A stretch of DNA of 36,074 nt from a virus. Its lineage: Duplodnaviria; Caudoviricetes. Every line of letters starts with the position of its first letter. The first letter of the stretch is position 1. Below, one piece after another: positions 9,338-16,941 of the stretch. The stretch spans positions 1 to 36,074 of the IMG/VR virus record IMGVR_UViG_3300020044_004534. One strand, given 5' to 3'. Below the pieces are notes generated by a model. That model was not told the DNA's origin. It did no database searches and saw nothing but the letters and a program-made list of their open reading frames with translations. The translations under genes were made by a program, and so were the position numbers.

Positions 9338-9715
9338 AAACACATCCTATCATGAGGTGGTGTGGAGGATAGGTCAAAAAAGTTCAAAAGGTTTACAAAC
9401 TGCATGTGGGTGTGGAAGCCTTACCACTTTCTGGTTTTTGGTTATAAAAGGATTTCTTTAGTGTCGGGTATTCGTTTGGTTGGCGTGTGTGCGACATAAA
9501 GAGGGTTTGTGTGCGAGCGTAGCGAGCGCCGCTTTTTGGGTGGGGTGTCGGGGTGCAAATCTTTGATTTGCAGGGCGACGGCGGTTTGTCGGTTGTCGGG
9601 TTGTTGCGCTTGTGCCAAGCGTCCCCGTAGGGGCATGGACCTAGCGGAGCGTAGCGGAGTCTGATCCATGAACCTGGAACAAGCTTGGCAACCCGGCGGG
9701 GCAACCGCTTTGGGT

Positions 9716-9750
9716 AAAGCGAAACCCCCGATTGCTCGGGGGTCTGCTTT
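9716..9750 (-). terminator. Intrinsic terminator downstream of amidoligase
   Basis: ACCCCCGA-GCAA-TCGGGGGT then TTCGCTTT on minus strand. Confidence 0.7.
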
Positions 9751-9760
9751 GGGTGGTGGG

Positions 9761-10555
9761 TTAGATTCTGAAACCTAACTCGTTTAGGACTTGGCTGGCG
9801 CTTTGTGCGTTTAGTAGCCAATACAGTGGGCGGTTTTTTGCGACATGTTCGACGATTGCTCGGCATAGGAAACCTCGGGCAACAATTAGGTCGGCGTTTG
9901 TTGTTCCTGCGAATTGGCGGAATTCGATTGTTGTTTTTGCTCGGATTCCTGCGAGGTGGTGCAGGATTCCTTGAGCATTGACGGCTAGGTAGCGTTCGCT
10001 GATTTGTCCGCTTGCGGTGTCCCGAATGTTGCTGTCGCTGATGTGGCTGGCGTATGAGGTGGTTTCACGCCCGATTAGTTCGATAATTTTGGGTTCGATT
10101 GCTCGCCAGATTCTAAGGGTGTTGGCAACCTGTGGGGCGGTTAGGTCGCTGGCGTTGACATGAATGTGGTTGCCTGTGTCGCTTCCGCAATAGGCGTCGC
10201 CTAGGGTGTTTCTGACGGTGTCGAGGCGTTTGGTGTCGTGGGTGGTTAGCACTGGGTCATAATCTTTTGGTGCTGCTTCGGTGTGCTGGCACTCGTCGCA
10301 ATGGCTGTCCTCGTCGGTATCGCAGTTTGGGCAGTTGCATTTGTGGTCGCAGATGTCGCAACTGCACTCGCAACCGTCGCTGTCAACGCTTGCGTCGTAG
10401 TGGGTGGTGAAACCTGCGTCTTGGAGTTCGCTGGCGTATGTGCCGATTGTTGAACACTCGATTTCGTAGGACCAGCGTCGGCAGTCGGTATCTGGTTGGC
10501 GTGTTGCCCAGTCAACGAATTTTTGCATGGTTTCGGCGTTTTGAATTGCGTTCAT
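9761..10555 (-). CDS. Amidoligase (COOH-NH2 ligase type 2 / Amidoligase_2-like)
   Basis: YEIEC, DASV, E..P, G.HIHV (TGNHIHVN), RYLAVN, TIEFRQFAGT motifs; SD AGGAG. Confidence 0.85.
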   Translation of the reverse strand: MNAIQNAETMQKFVDWATRQPDTDCRRWSYEIECSTIGTYASELQDAGFTTHYDASVDSDGCECSCDICDHKCNCPNCDTDEDSHCDECQHTEAAPKDYDPVLTTHDTKRLDTVRNTLGDAYCGSDTGNHIHVNASDLTAPQVANTLRIWRAIEPKIIELIGRETTSYASHISDSNIRDTASGQISERYLAVNAQGILHHLAGIRAKTTIEFRQFAGTTNADLIVARGFLCRAIVEHVAKNRPLYWLLNAQSASQVLNELGFRI

Positions 10556-10605
10556 TTTGTGGCTCCTAATTTTGGTGTGGCTCGCCGTGTGGTTTGCCTA
10601 CGGCA

Positions 10606-10634
10606 AGCCTAATCGGTTTGGGTTTGTTTCGCAA
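10606..10634 (-). promoter_or_regulatory. sigma70-type promoter for amidoligase
   Basis: TTGCGA-N17-TAGGCT. Confidence 0.65.
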
Positions 10635-11166
10635 CCCTGTTTCGGCGTGTCGGGAAAATTGGACAAACTTTTTTTGTCCAATTTGGACTTGTCCAAAAAA
10701 TTCGGGCGCAACACTCCCCTATAAAGCCATTAGGCTTGGGGAGTGTTCAGTAAAGGTTTTCGGGTTTTTGCCACCAGTGGGGGGCTGGGGTCCTCCCCAG
10801 TTTCGAGGGGGTTTGGGGGATGGATTCCCCCAATGGAAATGTGCATGGCGACTAAGCCATGCCTTTTCTGGTTTTGGTTTTGGTTTTTGTTTCACCGCCT
10901 TGGGCGGTGCAAAAAGGGTGTAAGGCTTCATGCCTTGAATAATTCTGTCGGGCGTTAGCCCGTCCTAGCGAAGGTCGAGCGGATGCGAGTGCCTTCGTGG
11001 TAGCGAAGCGATTATAACCCCGTTAGCGGGGGCTTGTCCCCTGCTGTAGGGGTTATTTGATGCTTTGCTGCTTGGGGGCCCCACCCACCACCCCTTGCTG
11101 GTTTGCTATGAGATTGTGTTGAGATTGGGGCGGGGCGGATTTTGGGGGGTTTTTCCAAACAAATAC

Positions 11167-11195
11167 TTGACAAGATCATGTTGAGATGTTATAAT
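11167..11195 (+). promoter_or_regulatory. Consensus sigma70/SigA early promoter
   Basis: TTGACA-N17-TATAAT with TG extension. Confidence 0.85.
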
Positions 11196-11251
11196 CTTGA
11201 AATTTGGGGGCAACTTCCACAAAAACATTCCACAAAAAACCCCAAAACAAC

Positions 11252-11280
11252 TTGACAACACGACACAACCATGTCATACT
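11252..11280 (+). promoter_or_regulatory. sigma70-type early promoter
   Basis: TTGACA-N17-CATACT with TG extension. Confidence 0.7.
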
Positions 11281-11313
11281 TATCAGACAAGGACAAAACA
11301 AAAGGAGAAAGTC

Positions 11314-11415
11314 ATGAACTACTACTACAAATGCCAAGAATGTTTCAGGGTTTTCGATATCCGTATTGATATTGAGGCACAGGAGTGGTTTTACGGACAC
11401 GATTGTGAATCATAA
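11314..11415 (+). CDS. 33-aa zinc-finger-like microprotein
   Basis: AAGGAGAAA SD, MNYYYKCQECFRVFD...GHDCES (CxxC...HxC). Confidence 0.7.
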   Translation: MNYYYKCQECFRVFDIRIDIEAQEWFYGHDCES

Positions 11416-11434
11416 ACTTTTTTTCAAAAAACAC

Positions 11435-11463
11435 TTGACAAACACTTCATAAACAATTAGACT
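11435..11463 (+). promoter_or_regulatory. sigma70-type early promoter
   Basis: TTGACA-N17-TAGACT. Confidence 0.75.
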
Positions 11464-11507
11464 TTATAACATAACGCAACACAACAAAAGAAAGTAGGCA
11501 CGATACT

Positions 11508-12593
11508 ATGTGTGGAATTGGCGGTTTTTCTCTATCAAACGGTTCAAAGTTGAACCCTCGCAAACTTGCAAACGCTCTCCTTACCGAAATGGATGTGCGT
11601 GGCAATCAGGCTTCAGGCTACGCTTACCAGTCTAAGTCTGGTGCTGGTTTTTTCAAGCAGGACACGGCAGGTTCTAAATTGCCTCTTAGGGGCATGTCTA
11701 AGGGTGCTACGAATGTGATTCTTCACACCCGCTATGCCACTCATGGCACGATTCGGGACATGGCTAACAATCACCCTGTTCAGTCGCCTGACAAGTCGAT
11801 TAGCCTTGTTCACAATGGTGTGATTTATAATCATGACCTTGTTCGTTCTGAGTTGTCTGCTAAGTTGCCTGAGGTTGACACGGCGGTTGTTCCTGCTATC
11901 CTTGAGCAGTTTGACCGTGATACTAATAAGTTTTCTATGTTGGACGGCGACGCTTCTGTTGCGTGGTTGGATGAGGAAGATCGTGGCGTGTTGAAGGTTG
12001 CTCGTATTAGTCATTCTCCTTTGGTGATTGCACAGTTGAAGTGTGGCTCGTTTGTGTTTGCTTCGACTGAGAGTATTCTTCTGAATGCGCTAAAGCGTGC
12101 TGGTGTGAAGCCGGTGTTTATTGAGACTGTTCCTGAGCGCACTTTGTTGGTTGTTCGTGGTGGGCGTTTGGATTCTGTTGAGACGCTTCCTGAGACTGAC
12201 CCGAAGTTCCAAGACACGGCGTGGTATTCGTATGGTTCTTATCGTGCTATGACTTCTGGTGGGCATTCTAAGGCTTCTCAGCCTAAGTCTACTGGTGGTT
12301 GGTCTTCGTATGAGTCTGCTTTTGGTGAGGTTGAGGTTCCTGCTTCGTGGGAGTTGGCTGGTGATGAGTTTGTTGATGAGGATTTTCCTCAGGTTGAGGG
12401 TTTGTCGGCTAATTGTTTTGGTGAGTATTTTGATAGGGAGGGTTCGTATGTTGGGACTGTGGAGGATTTGTTCCAGTGGGGTTATATTGAGCATGATGGT
12501 GAGACTCATCCGTGGCAGGATGGTGTTCAGTATCAGTTCAATTCTGGGTTGAATCGTAATTTTTATGGTGGTGTTTATGGCATGTGGGAGTAG
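11508..12593 (+). CDS. Class II (Ntn) glutamine amidotransferase
   Basis: N-terminal MCGIGG, RG, HTRYATHG, NNHP, HNGVI, VDT motifs. Confidence 0.92.
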   Translation: MCGIGGFSLSNGSKLNPRKLANALLTEMDVRGNQASGYAYQSKSGAGFFKQDTAGSKLPLRGMSKGATNVILHTRYATHGTIRDMANNHPVQSPDKSISLVHNGVIYNHDLVRSELSAKLPEVDTAVVPAILEQFDRDTNKFSMLDGDASVAWLDEEDRGVLKVARISHSPLVIAQLKCGSFVFASTESILLNALKRAGVKPVFIETVPERTLLVVRGGRLDSVETLPETDPKFQDTAWYSYGSYRAMTSGGHSKASQPKSTGGWSSYESAFGEVEVPASWELAGDEFVDEDFPQVEGLSANCFGEYFDREGSYVGTVEDLFQWGYIEHDGETHPWQDGVQYQFNSGLNRNFYGGVYGMWE

Positions 12594-12623
12594 CGTGTTT
12601 TTTTTGTTGCTCTCTCCATCTGC

Positions 12624-12902
12624 ACTATTTATATAAATAGTATTATAATATATAATCTATATATATATACATACACATAAAACCCCCTACTTGTAATCAA
12701 ATATGTATCATTTTCCCTAATTTTTGATACATATTTGATTACTTTCACCCCCTACCAAAAACACGACATTTAGAAACACTACATTTTTTACATAAAAAAA
12801 TACTATTTCTGCAGTAAAATAAAATAGCACATAGCACAATAGCAATTACACATTTGATTACAAACACCATATTTGATTACACTGATTACATATTTGACTA
12901 CA
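12624..12902. repeat. AT-rich palindrome plus iteron-like repeats (candidate replication origin or operator array)
   Basis: 18-bp palindrome 12624-12641; 18-bp inverted repeat 12693-12710/12725-12742; direct CATATTTGATTACA-like repeats 12851-12902. Confidence 0.7.
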
Positions 12903-12918
12903 CTTTTAGGAGATTGAA

Positions 12919-13278
12919 ATGATTACTTTGCCACCTGCAGTTGACGGCAGAAACCTTGTTGGAGTTTTCTCAATTCGACGCAACGAATGGGCTGACGACA
13001 TTCGACTTGGTTCTATGCTAATTGGCGACATTCAAACCATTACCACTTGGCAAACTCGTGGCAAAGAGCAAGTCGAAGTTATTGAATACTGTTTCACCCC
13101 TGCTAACGAGATCGAGCCTTTCCCACTACGCACAACTTACGAAGCGTGTTGGTTTGACATTCTTACTCTTGTTGCTAACAACCAAGATTTGGCTATCGAG
13201 TTCACTGTTCGTGTTCATAACAAAATCAAAAAAAGTGTTCCAAACACTTGCGAAGTTCCACAAAATGACATAGACTAA
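12919..13278 (+). CDS. Hypothetical protein
   Basis: SD AGGAGA, ATG. Confidence 0.7.
   Translation: MITLPPAVDGRNLVGVFSIRRNEWADDIRLGSMLIGDIQTITTWQTRGKEQVEVIEYCFTPANEIEPFPLRTTYEACWFDILTLVANNQDLAIEFTVRVHNKIKKSVPNTCEVPQNDID
13248..13276 (+). promoter_or_regulatory. sigma70-type promoter
   Basis: TTGCGA-N17-TAGACT. Confidence 0.6.
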
Positions 13279-13328
13279 TAGCAACAGACACATTCACACC
13301 TATTCACTAAACATAAAAGGAGCCTCAG

Positions 13329-13586
13329 ATGAGAAAAGTAAAAGCGGTTGGTGTTTACACCAACGACGGTTTCACCCCTGTTGCAGTGTTCACCTCTAAG
13401 ATGAAAGCAAAACAGTGGGCTATTGACAACTCGTTTGTTGGCGGTGGCGAACACAAGTCTTTGTATTGTGAATACTTCTACTACATGACACCTGCAGAGG
13501 TTGAAGCGTTGCCTTACACACAATGCGCACAGTTTGAATTGGCTATGCGTTCAGCAATGGACGACTTTGAAAGGAGAAACAAATAA
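13329..13586 (+). CDS. Hypothetical protein
   Basis: SD AAGGAG; TAATG coupling to next gene. Confidence 0.75.
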   Translation: MRKVKAVGVYTNDGFTPVAVFTSKMKAKQWAIDNSFVGGGEHKSLYCEYFYYMTPAEVEALPYTQCAQFELAMRSAMDDFERRNK

Positions 13587-13795
13587 TGAAAACACTAATC
13601 TATTCGGCACTATCATTCACTAGTGCTATTACCTTTGTGGGGTTTGTTCAGTCGAATGTTTTGTTTTACGCAAACAAACCTGACCCTATGATTGCTGGTC
13701 GTGTTGGTGACTTTGGTGTTGCTTTCATGATTTGTATCAGTCTGTGGTTGTTGACTGCACAACATTATTCTTTTGTAAAAAAAGTTTCAGAATAG
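13586..13795 (+). CDS. Small membrane protein
   Basis: Two hydrophobic segments; SD AGGAGAAAC. Confidence 0.7.
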   Translation: MKTLIYSALSFTSAITFVGFVQSNVLFYANKPDPMIAGRVGDFGVAFMICISLWLLTAQHYSFVKKVSE

Positions 13796-13797
13796 TG

Positions 13798-13826
13798 TTG
13801 ACAATTTGCACAGAGTGTGCCACAAT
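13798..13826 (+). promoter_or_regulatory. sigma70-type promoter
   Basis: TTGACA-N17-CACAAT with TG extension. Confidence 0.6.
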
Positions 13827-13899
13827 TACTAGTATCAAAGATTTAGAGTTTTGCACCGAATGTGGTTCAGAACATCTAACAAACAATTAGGAGAACATT

Positions 13900-14352
13900 A
13901 TGAGTTTTACAGTTTCGGGTCTTGTTGCTACAACACCACGCCACCTTGTGACCCAAGAGGGTTTACCAATTACTTCGTTCCGTTTAGCGTCAAGTGAACG
14001 CCGTTTCGATAGCACACGCAACCGCTGGGTTGAGGGCGACACTAACTGGTTCACTGTGACTGCTTTCAAAACGCTTGCTATCAACTCTGCCGGTTCTGTT
14101 AGCAAAGGTGACCGCATTATTGTGACTGGTGATTTGCGTGTTCGTGATTGGGATAATGGTGAACACCACGGCACTACTGTGGAGATCGAAGCGATTAGCA
14201 TGGGCCATGACCTTACTTGGGGAACATCTACTTTTGAACGCACTGTGTTTGCTCGTGAAGACCTTGACAGCCCACAACCTGCACAAACTACACAACCTGT
14301 TGAGCCTGCCCAACCTGCACACGAGTGCAACTGTGGACGGTGTGACCGATAA
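13900..14352 (+). CDS. ssb: Single-stranded DNA-binding protein (OB fold, actinobacterial type)
   Basis: SFRLAS..RRFD...W.EGDTNWFTV.AF..LA.N...S..KGDRIIVTG.L..RDW. Confidence 0.92.
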   Translation: MSFTVSGLVATTPRHLVTQEGLPITSFRLASSERRFDSTRNRWVEGDTNWFTVTAFKTLAINSAGSVSKGDRIIVTGDLRVRDWDNGEHHGTTVEIEAISMGHDLTWGTSTFERTVFAREDLDSPQPAQTTQPVEPAQPAHECNCGRCDR

Positions 14353-14501
14353 TGGTGATTGTGAAGAAGAACAACATTGTGATTGTTCGTGCAAAGAATT
14401 ACCGTCAAGCAATTAGCATGTTCGCTAATCGTGCAGGATACGATTTGGAGTATGCGATTGTAAATGATGGTTTCATTATTGAAGAAATTGAGGAGGCGTA
14501 A
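14352..14501 (+). CDS. Hypothetical 49-aa protein
   Basis: MVIVKKNNIVIVRAKNYRQAISMFANRAGYDLEYA...; TAATG overlaps at both ends. Confidence 0.7.
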   Translation: MVIVKKNNIVIVRAKNYRQAISMFANRAGYDLEYAIVNDGFIIEEIEEA

Positions 14502-14875
14502 TGTTTGCAATTCTAAAAGAGTATAGTCTGAATGTGTTTTACAAAGATGACATGAATCCGTTGGATGAAACTGTTTGTATTCAACCAAGTGTTTACATGC
14601 TAATGGATAACGGCACTTCGACTAGAACATACTTTCAAGGGTTTACTCTAACACTTGCTGAGAGCCGAGCAATTATGCCAGACTTTCCACAAGTGGATTG
14701 GGGAACTGATTTCTTTATTGGGCTTGAACCTTTTTATGTTCTTGCGAAAGCGATTCCGCAAACTTTGGCTGACACTTTGGCAGAGTTACCAGATGTTGAA
14801 ACCATTGACAATGGTGAGCAAACTAATTACACTAAACATGGGGAAGTCAAATGGCTTCCTAGTAGCAGACGATAA
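14501..14875 (+). CDS. Hypothetical protein
   Basis: SD GAGGAGG; translational coupling. Confidence 0.75.
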   Translation: MFAILKEYSLNVFYKDDMNPLDETVCIQPSVYMLMDNGTSTRTYFQGFTLTLAESRAIMPDFPQVDWGTDFFIGLEPFYVLAKAIPQTLADTLAELPDVETIDNGEQTNYTKHGEVKWLPSSRR

Positions 14876-14887
14876 GGAGATTATCTA

Positions 14888-15083
14888 ATGGCAACTTTTG
14901 AGTTTTGGTATTCAGAAACTTACACTTTCAAAGGTTTCTTTGAGGCGGTCACAGGCTGAGGCTGATGAAATGCTTGAAGATGTGCGTGACGGAAATGGTT
15001 TGATGGGCGACATTTTGCCTCGATTCAACTTCAAAGACAAAGGTTATGAGATTGAACTTGACAACGCAAAGGAGATTATCTAA
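14888..15083 (+). pseudogene. Hypothetical protein split by an apparent frameshift near 14948
   Basis: SD+ATG 14888 reads MATFEFWYSETYTFKGFFEA then stops at 14959; protein-like SQAEADEMLEDV... continues in another frame to 15083. Confidence 0.55.
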
Positions 15084-15445
15084 TGAGTGATTGGAATCCT
15101 GACAAGGCTTTTGCTTACCGTTTCCAAAGCGACTATGCTGAGATCGTTTTCAATGTTTTTGGTATGCAGGAGTGGTCTGAGGAAGAGTTTGACAGTGCGG
15201 CTGATTCAGACTTGGCTTCTTATGTTGCAGATGGTGGAGATTTCTGGTTAGATGATTGCTGGGAAGTTGAAATTGATGGTCTCGACAGGGTTGCTTCCGT
15301 AGCAACCGAGCCACTACTACAATTGTTTGCCCGAATCATGAAGGGGCTTTTGATTGCACACCGTTCTGCCAACTTTGTGAAGGCAACCAAGAATTTGAGG
15401 AGAAAAAGTAATGTCGAACTGGTCAAGGTTCAAATGGGTTGTTAG
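15083..15445 (+). CDS. Hypothetical acidic protein (3' end doubtful)
   Basis: SD+ATG; C-terminus overlaps next gene by 35 nt and an alternative frame looks more coding. Confidence 0.6.
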   Translation: MSDWNPDKAFAYRFQSDYAEIVFNVFGMQEWSEEEFDSAADSDLASYVADGGDFWLDDCWEVEIDGLDRVASVATEPLLQLFARIMKGLLIAHRSANFVKATKNLRRKSNVELVKVQMGC

Positions 15446-15677
15446 TGTCGGTTCTTTAGACGAGATCGTTTTGGTAAAAAACTTTACCGCATACTGTCGA
15501 ATGAATGACATTGCACACCGCATGCCATTACCGGCTGAAACACTAGACGATTACACTGATTACATGTTCAAAGTTATGGAAGATTACACACCTGAGGGCA
15601 AATATTTTGGCACACCAAACGATTTGACTATGGATGTGTTTGGTTTCTTTCCACTACCTGACAAGAGGAGACGCTAA
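15411..15677 (+). CDS. Hypothetical protein
   Basis: SD AGGAGAAA; coupling. Confidence 0.7.
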   Translation: MSNWSRFKWVVSVGSLDEIVLVKNFTAYCRMNDIAHRMPLPAETLDDYTDYMFKVMEDYTPEGKYFGTPNDLTMDVFGFFPLPDKRRR

Positions 15678-15925
15678 TGTTTGTTCGTGATTTGAAAAAC
15701 TTTCTTGAATCACAGTATGATGATGATGACCGTATCATTTACCGTATTGTTTCTCGTGAAGATGTTGAGGACGCTAATTATAAAAACCCTGAACTTTCTG
15801 ATGAACAATGGAATGATGTGCGTATCCTTGTCGAAGAGTATTTGAGCGACATGGTTACGGTTGCTATTGATGATGCACTTGAGGAAGTTTTGTATAATTC
15901 TGTTGGAAGAATTACAGGACTTTAG
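15677..15925 (+). CDS. Hypothetical acidic protein
   Basis: SD AGGAG; TAATG coupling. Confidence 0.75.
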   Translation: MFVRDLKNFLESQYDDDDRIIYRIVSREDVEDANYKNPELSDEQWNDVRILVEEYLSDMVTVAIDDALEEVLYNSVGRITGL

Positions 15926-15982
15926 GAATAAAACAATAAGGTATAGACTTATACTTTATACACAAACTATTTAGGAGAAAAT

Positions 15983-16261
15983 ATGAACACATACGAATTG
16001 AAAATGACTGCCGACTATCGAGACATGGGCAAAATCATGTCAGTGTTTCTTGACGGTGCAACCTCTGTGCTAACTTCAGAGAACGAACTATCGAACATCA
16101 AATCTGATTGGGGTTATGTTGACGGTAGCGACGCAGACCAACAGGAAGCAATTGTTTCGTTTGAAACCATGAAACTAACTGTTGCAAGCATGGCTTCCTT
16201 TGTTGACGAGTTTCCAAATGTTGACATTTCGTTCCGTCTGTTGGGTGCGGTAAATGACTAA
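15983..16261 (+). CDS. Hypothetical protein
   Basis: SD AGGAGAAA. Confidence 0.75.
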   Translation: MNTYELKMTADYRDMGKIMSVFLDGATSVLTSENELSNIKSDWGYVDGSDADQQEAIVSFETMKLTVASMASFVDEFPNVDISFRLLGAVND

Positions 16262-16751
16262 ACTTTCATCACATGCTAAAGCAACACTTGATGCGGTTCA
16301 AGAGAAACACCTCACATACACTATTGCTCGGGCCACCATTGAGGCGGAACTGAAAGCAGAACTTGAAGAGCGTGTATCCTCTTACCGTATTGATCGTGAT
16401 GTGGCTGTTAGACTGGCTGATGAGGCTGGTGTGCCACGAACACAAATAGGTAAGGCTATTGGCACAACCAATTACCGAACCATCCAAGACATCCTGAACA
16501 CAGCCAATGAGGGTATCCCTCATGTTGACCAAGTGAGCACAAAGTTTAGTCTCTCTTCAGTCAATGCTGAAATGGGTATTTGGAAACTATCTCTGCACAA
16601 TGTTGGGGCCGGTAACATTTCTGGTTCTGCAGAGGTCAAGTTGTCTGGTGACGATTTGATGTTCATTGATGGGGACGAATTTATTGTCCCTCAAACCTAT
16701 CGCAATGGGCTTGCTGAAGAAGTTATTCGGCAGATTGCGTGGAACAACTAG
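16254..16751 (+). CDS. Hypothetical protein with possible helix-turn-helix
   Basis: A.EAGVPRTQIGKAIGTTNYRTIQDIL resembles an HTH. Confidence 0.7.
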   Translation: MTKLSSHAKATLDAVQEKHLTYTIARATIEAELKAELEERVSSYRIDRDVAVRLADEAGVPRTQIGKAIGTTNYRTIQDILNTANEGIPHVDQVSTKFSLSSVNAEMGIWKLSLHNVGAGNISGSAEVKLSGDDLMFIDGDEFIVPQTYRNGLAEEVIRQIAWNN

Positions 16752-16752
16752 G

Positions 16753-16941
16753 ATGGTTTTAGTCACCGTTTTCTTGGTTACGGTGATTAGTATTCCTGTT
16801 GTTTCTATCCTGTTGGGGGCTGTCCAGACAAAAAACTGGACACCCCCAATAGAAGCCACACCAGATTTTCTAAGCACAGACATTTACACACAACACGAAG
16901 CGTATAACCGCTACGAAGATAGACTTTATAAGGAGATGTAA
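16753..16941 (+). CDS. Small membrane-anchored protein
   Basis: ATG 16753, hydrophobic N-terminus, TAATG coupling. Confidence 0.55.
   Translation: MVLVTVFLVTVISIPVVSILLGAVQTKNWTPPIEATPDFLSTDIYTQHEAYNRYEDRLYKEM

Noticed and set aside
9393-9866. 157-aa and 75-aa minus-strand ORFs in the non-coding gap
   Set aside because: Low-complexity P/K/R/T products crossing a terminator and hairpin cluster; no SD
12690-12902. CRISPR-like mini-array
   Set aside because: Repeats are 12-18 nt, irregularly spaced and partly inverted, with no unique 30-40 nt spacers; the Cas4-like gene is a common stand-alone phage nuclease
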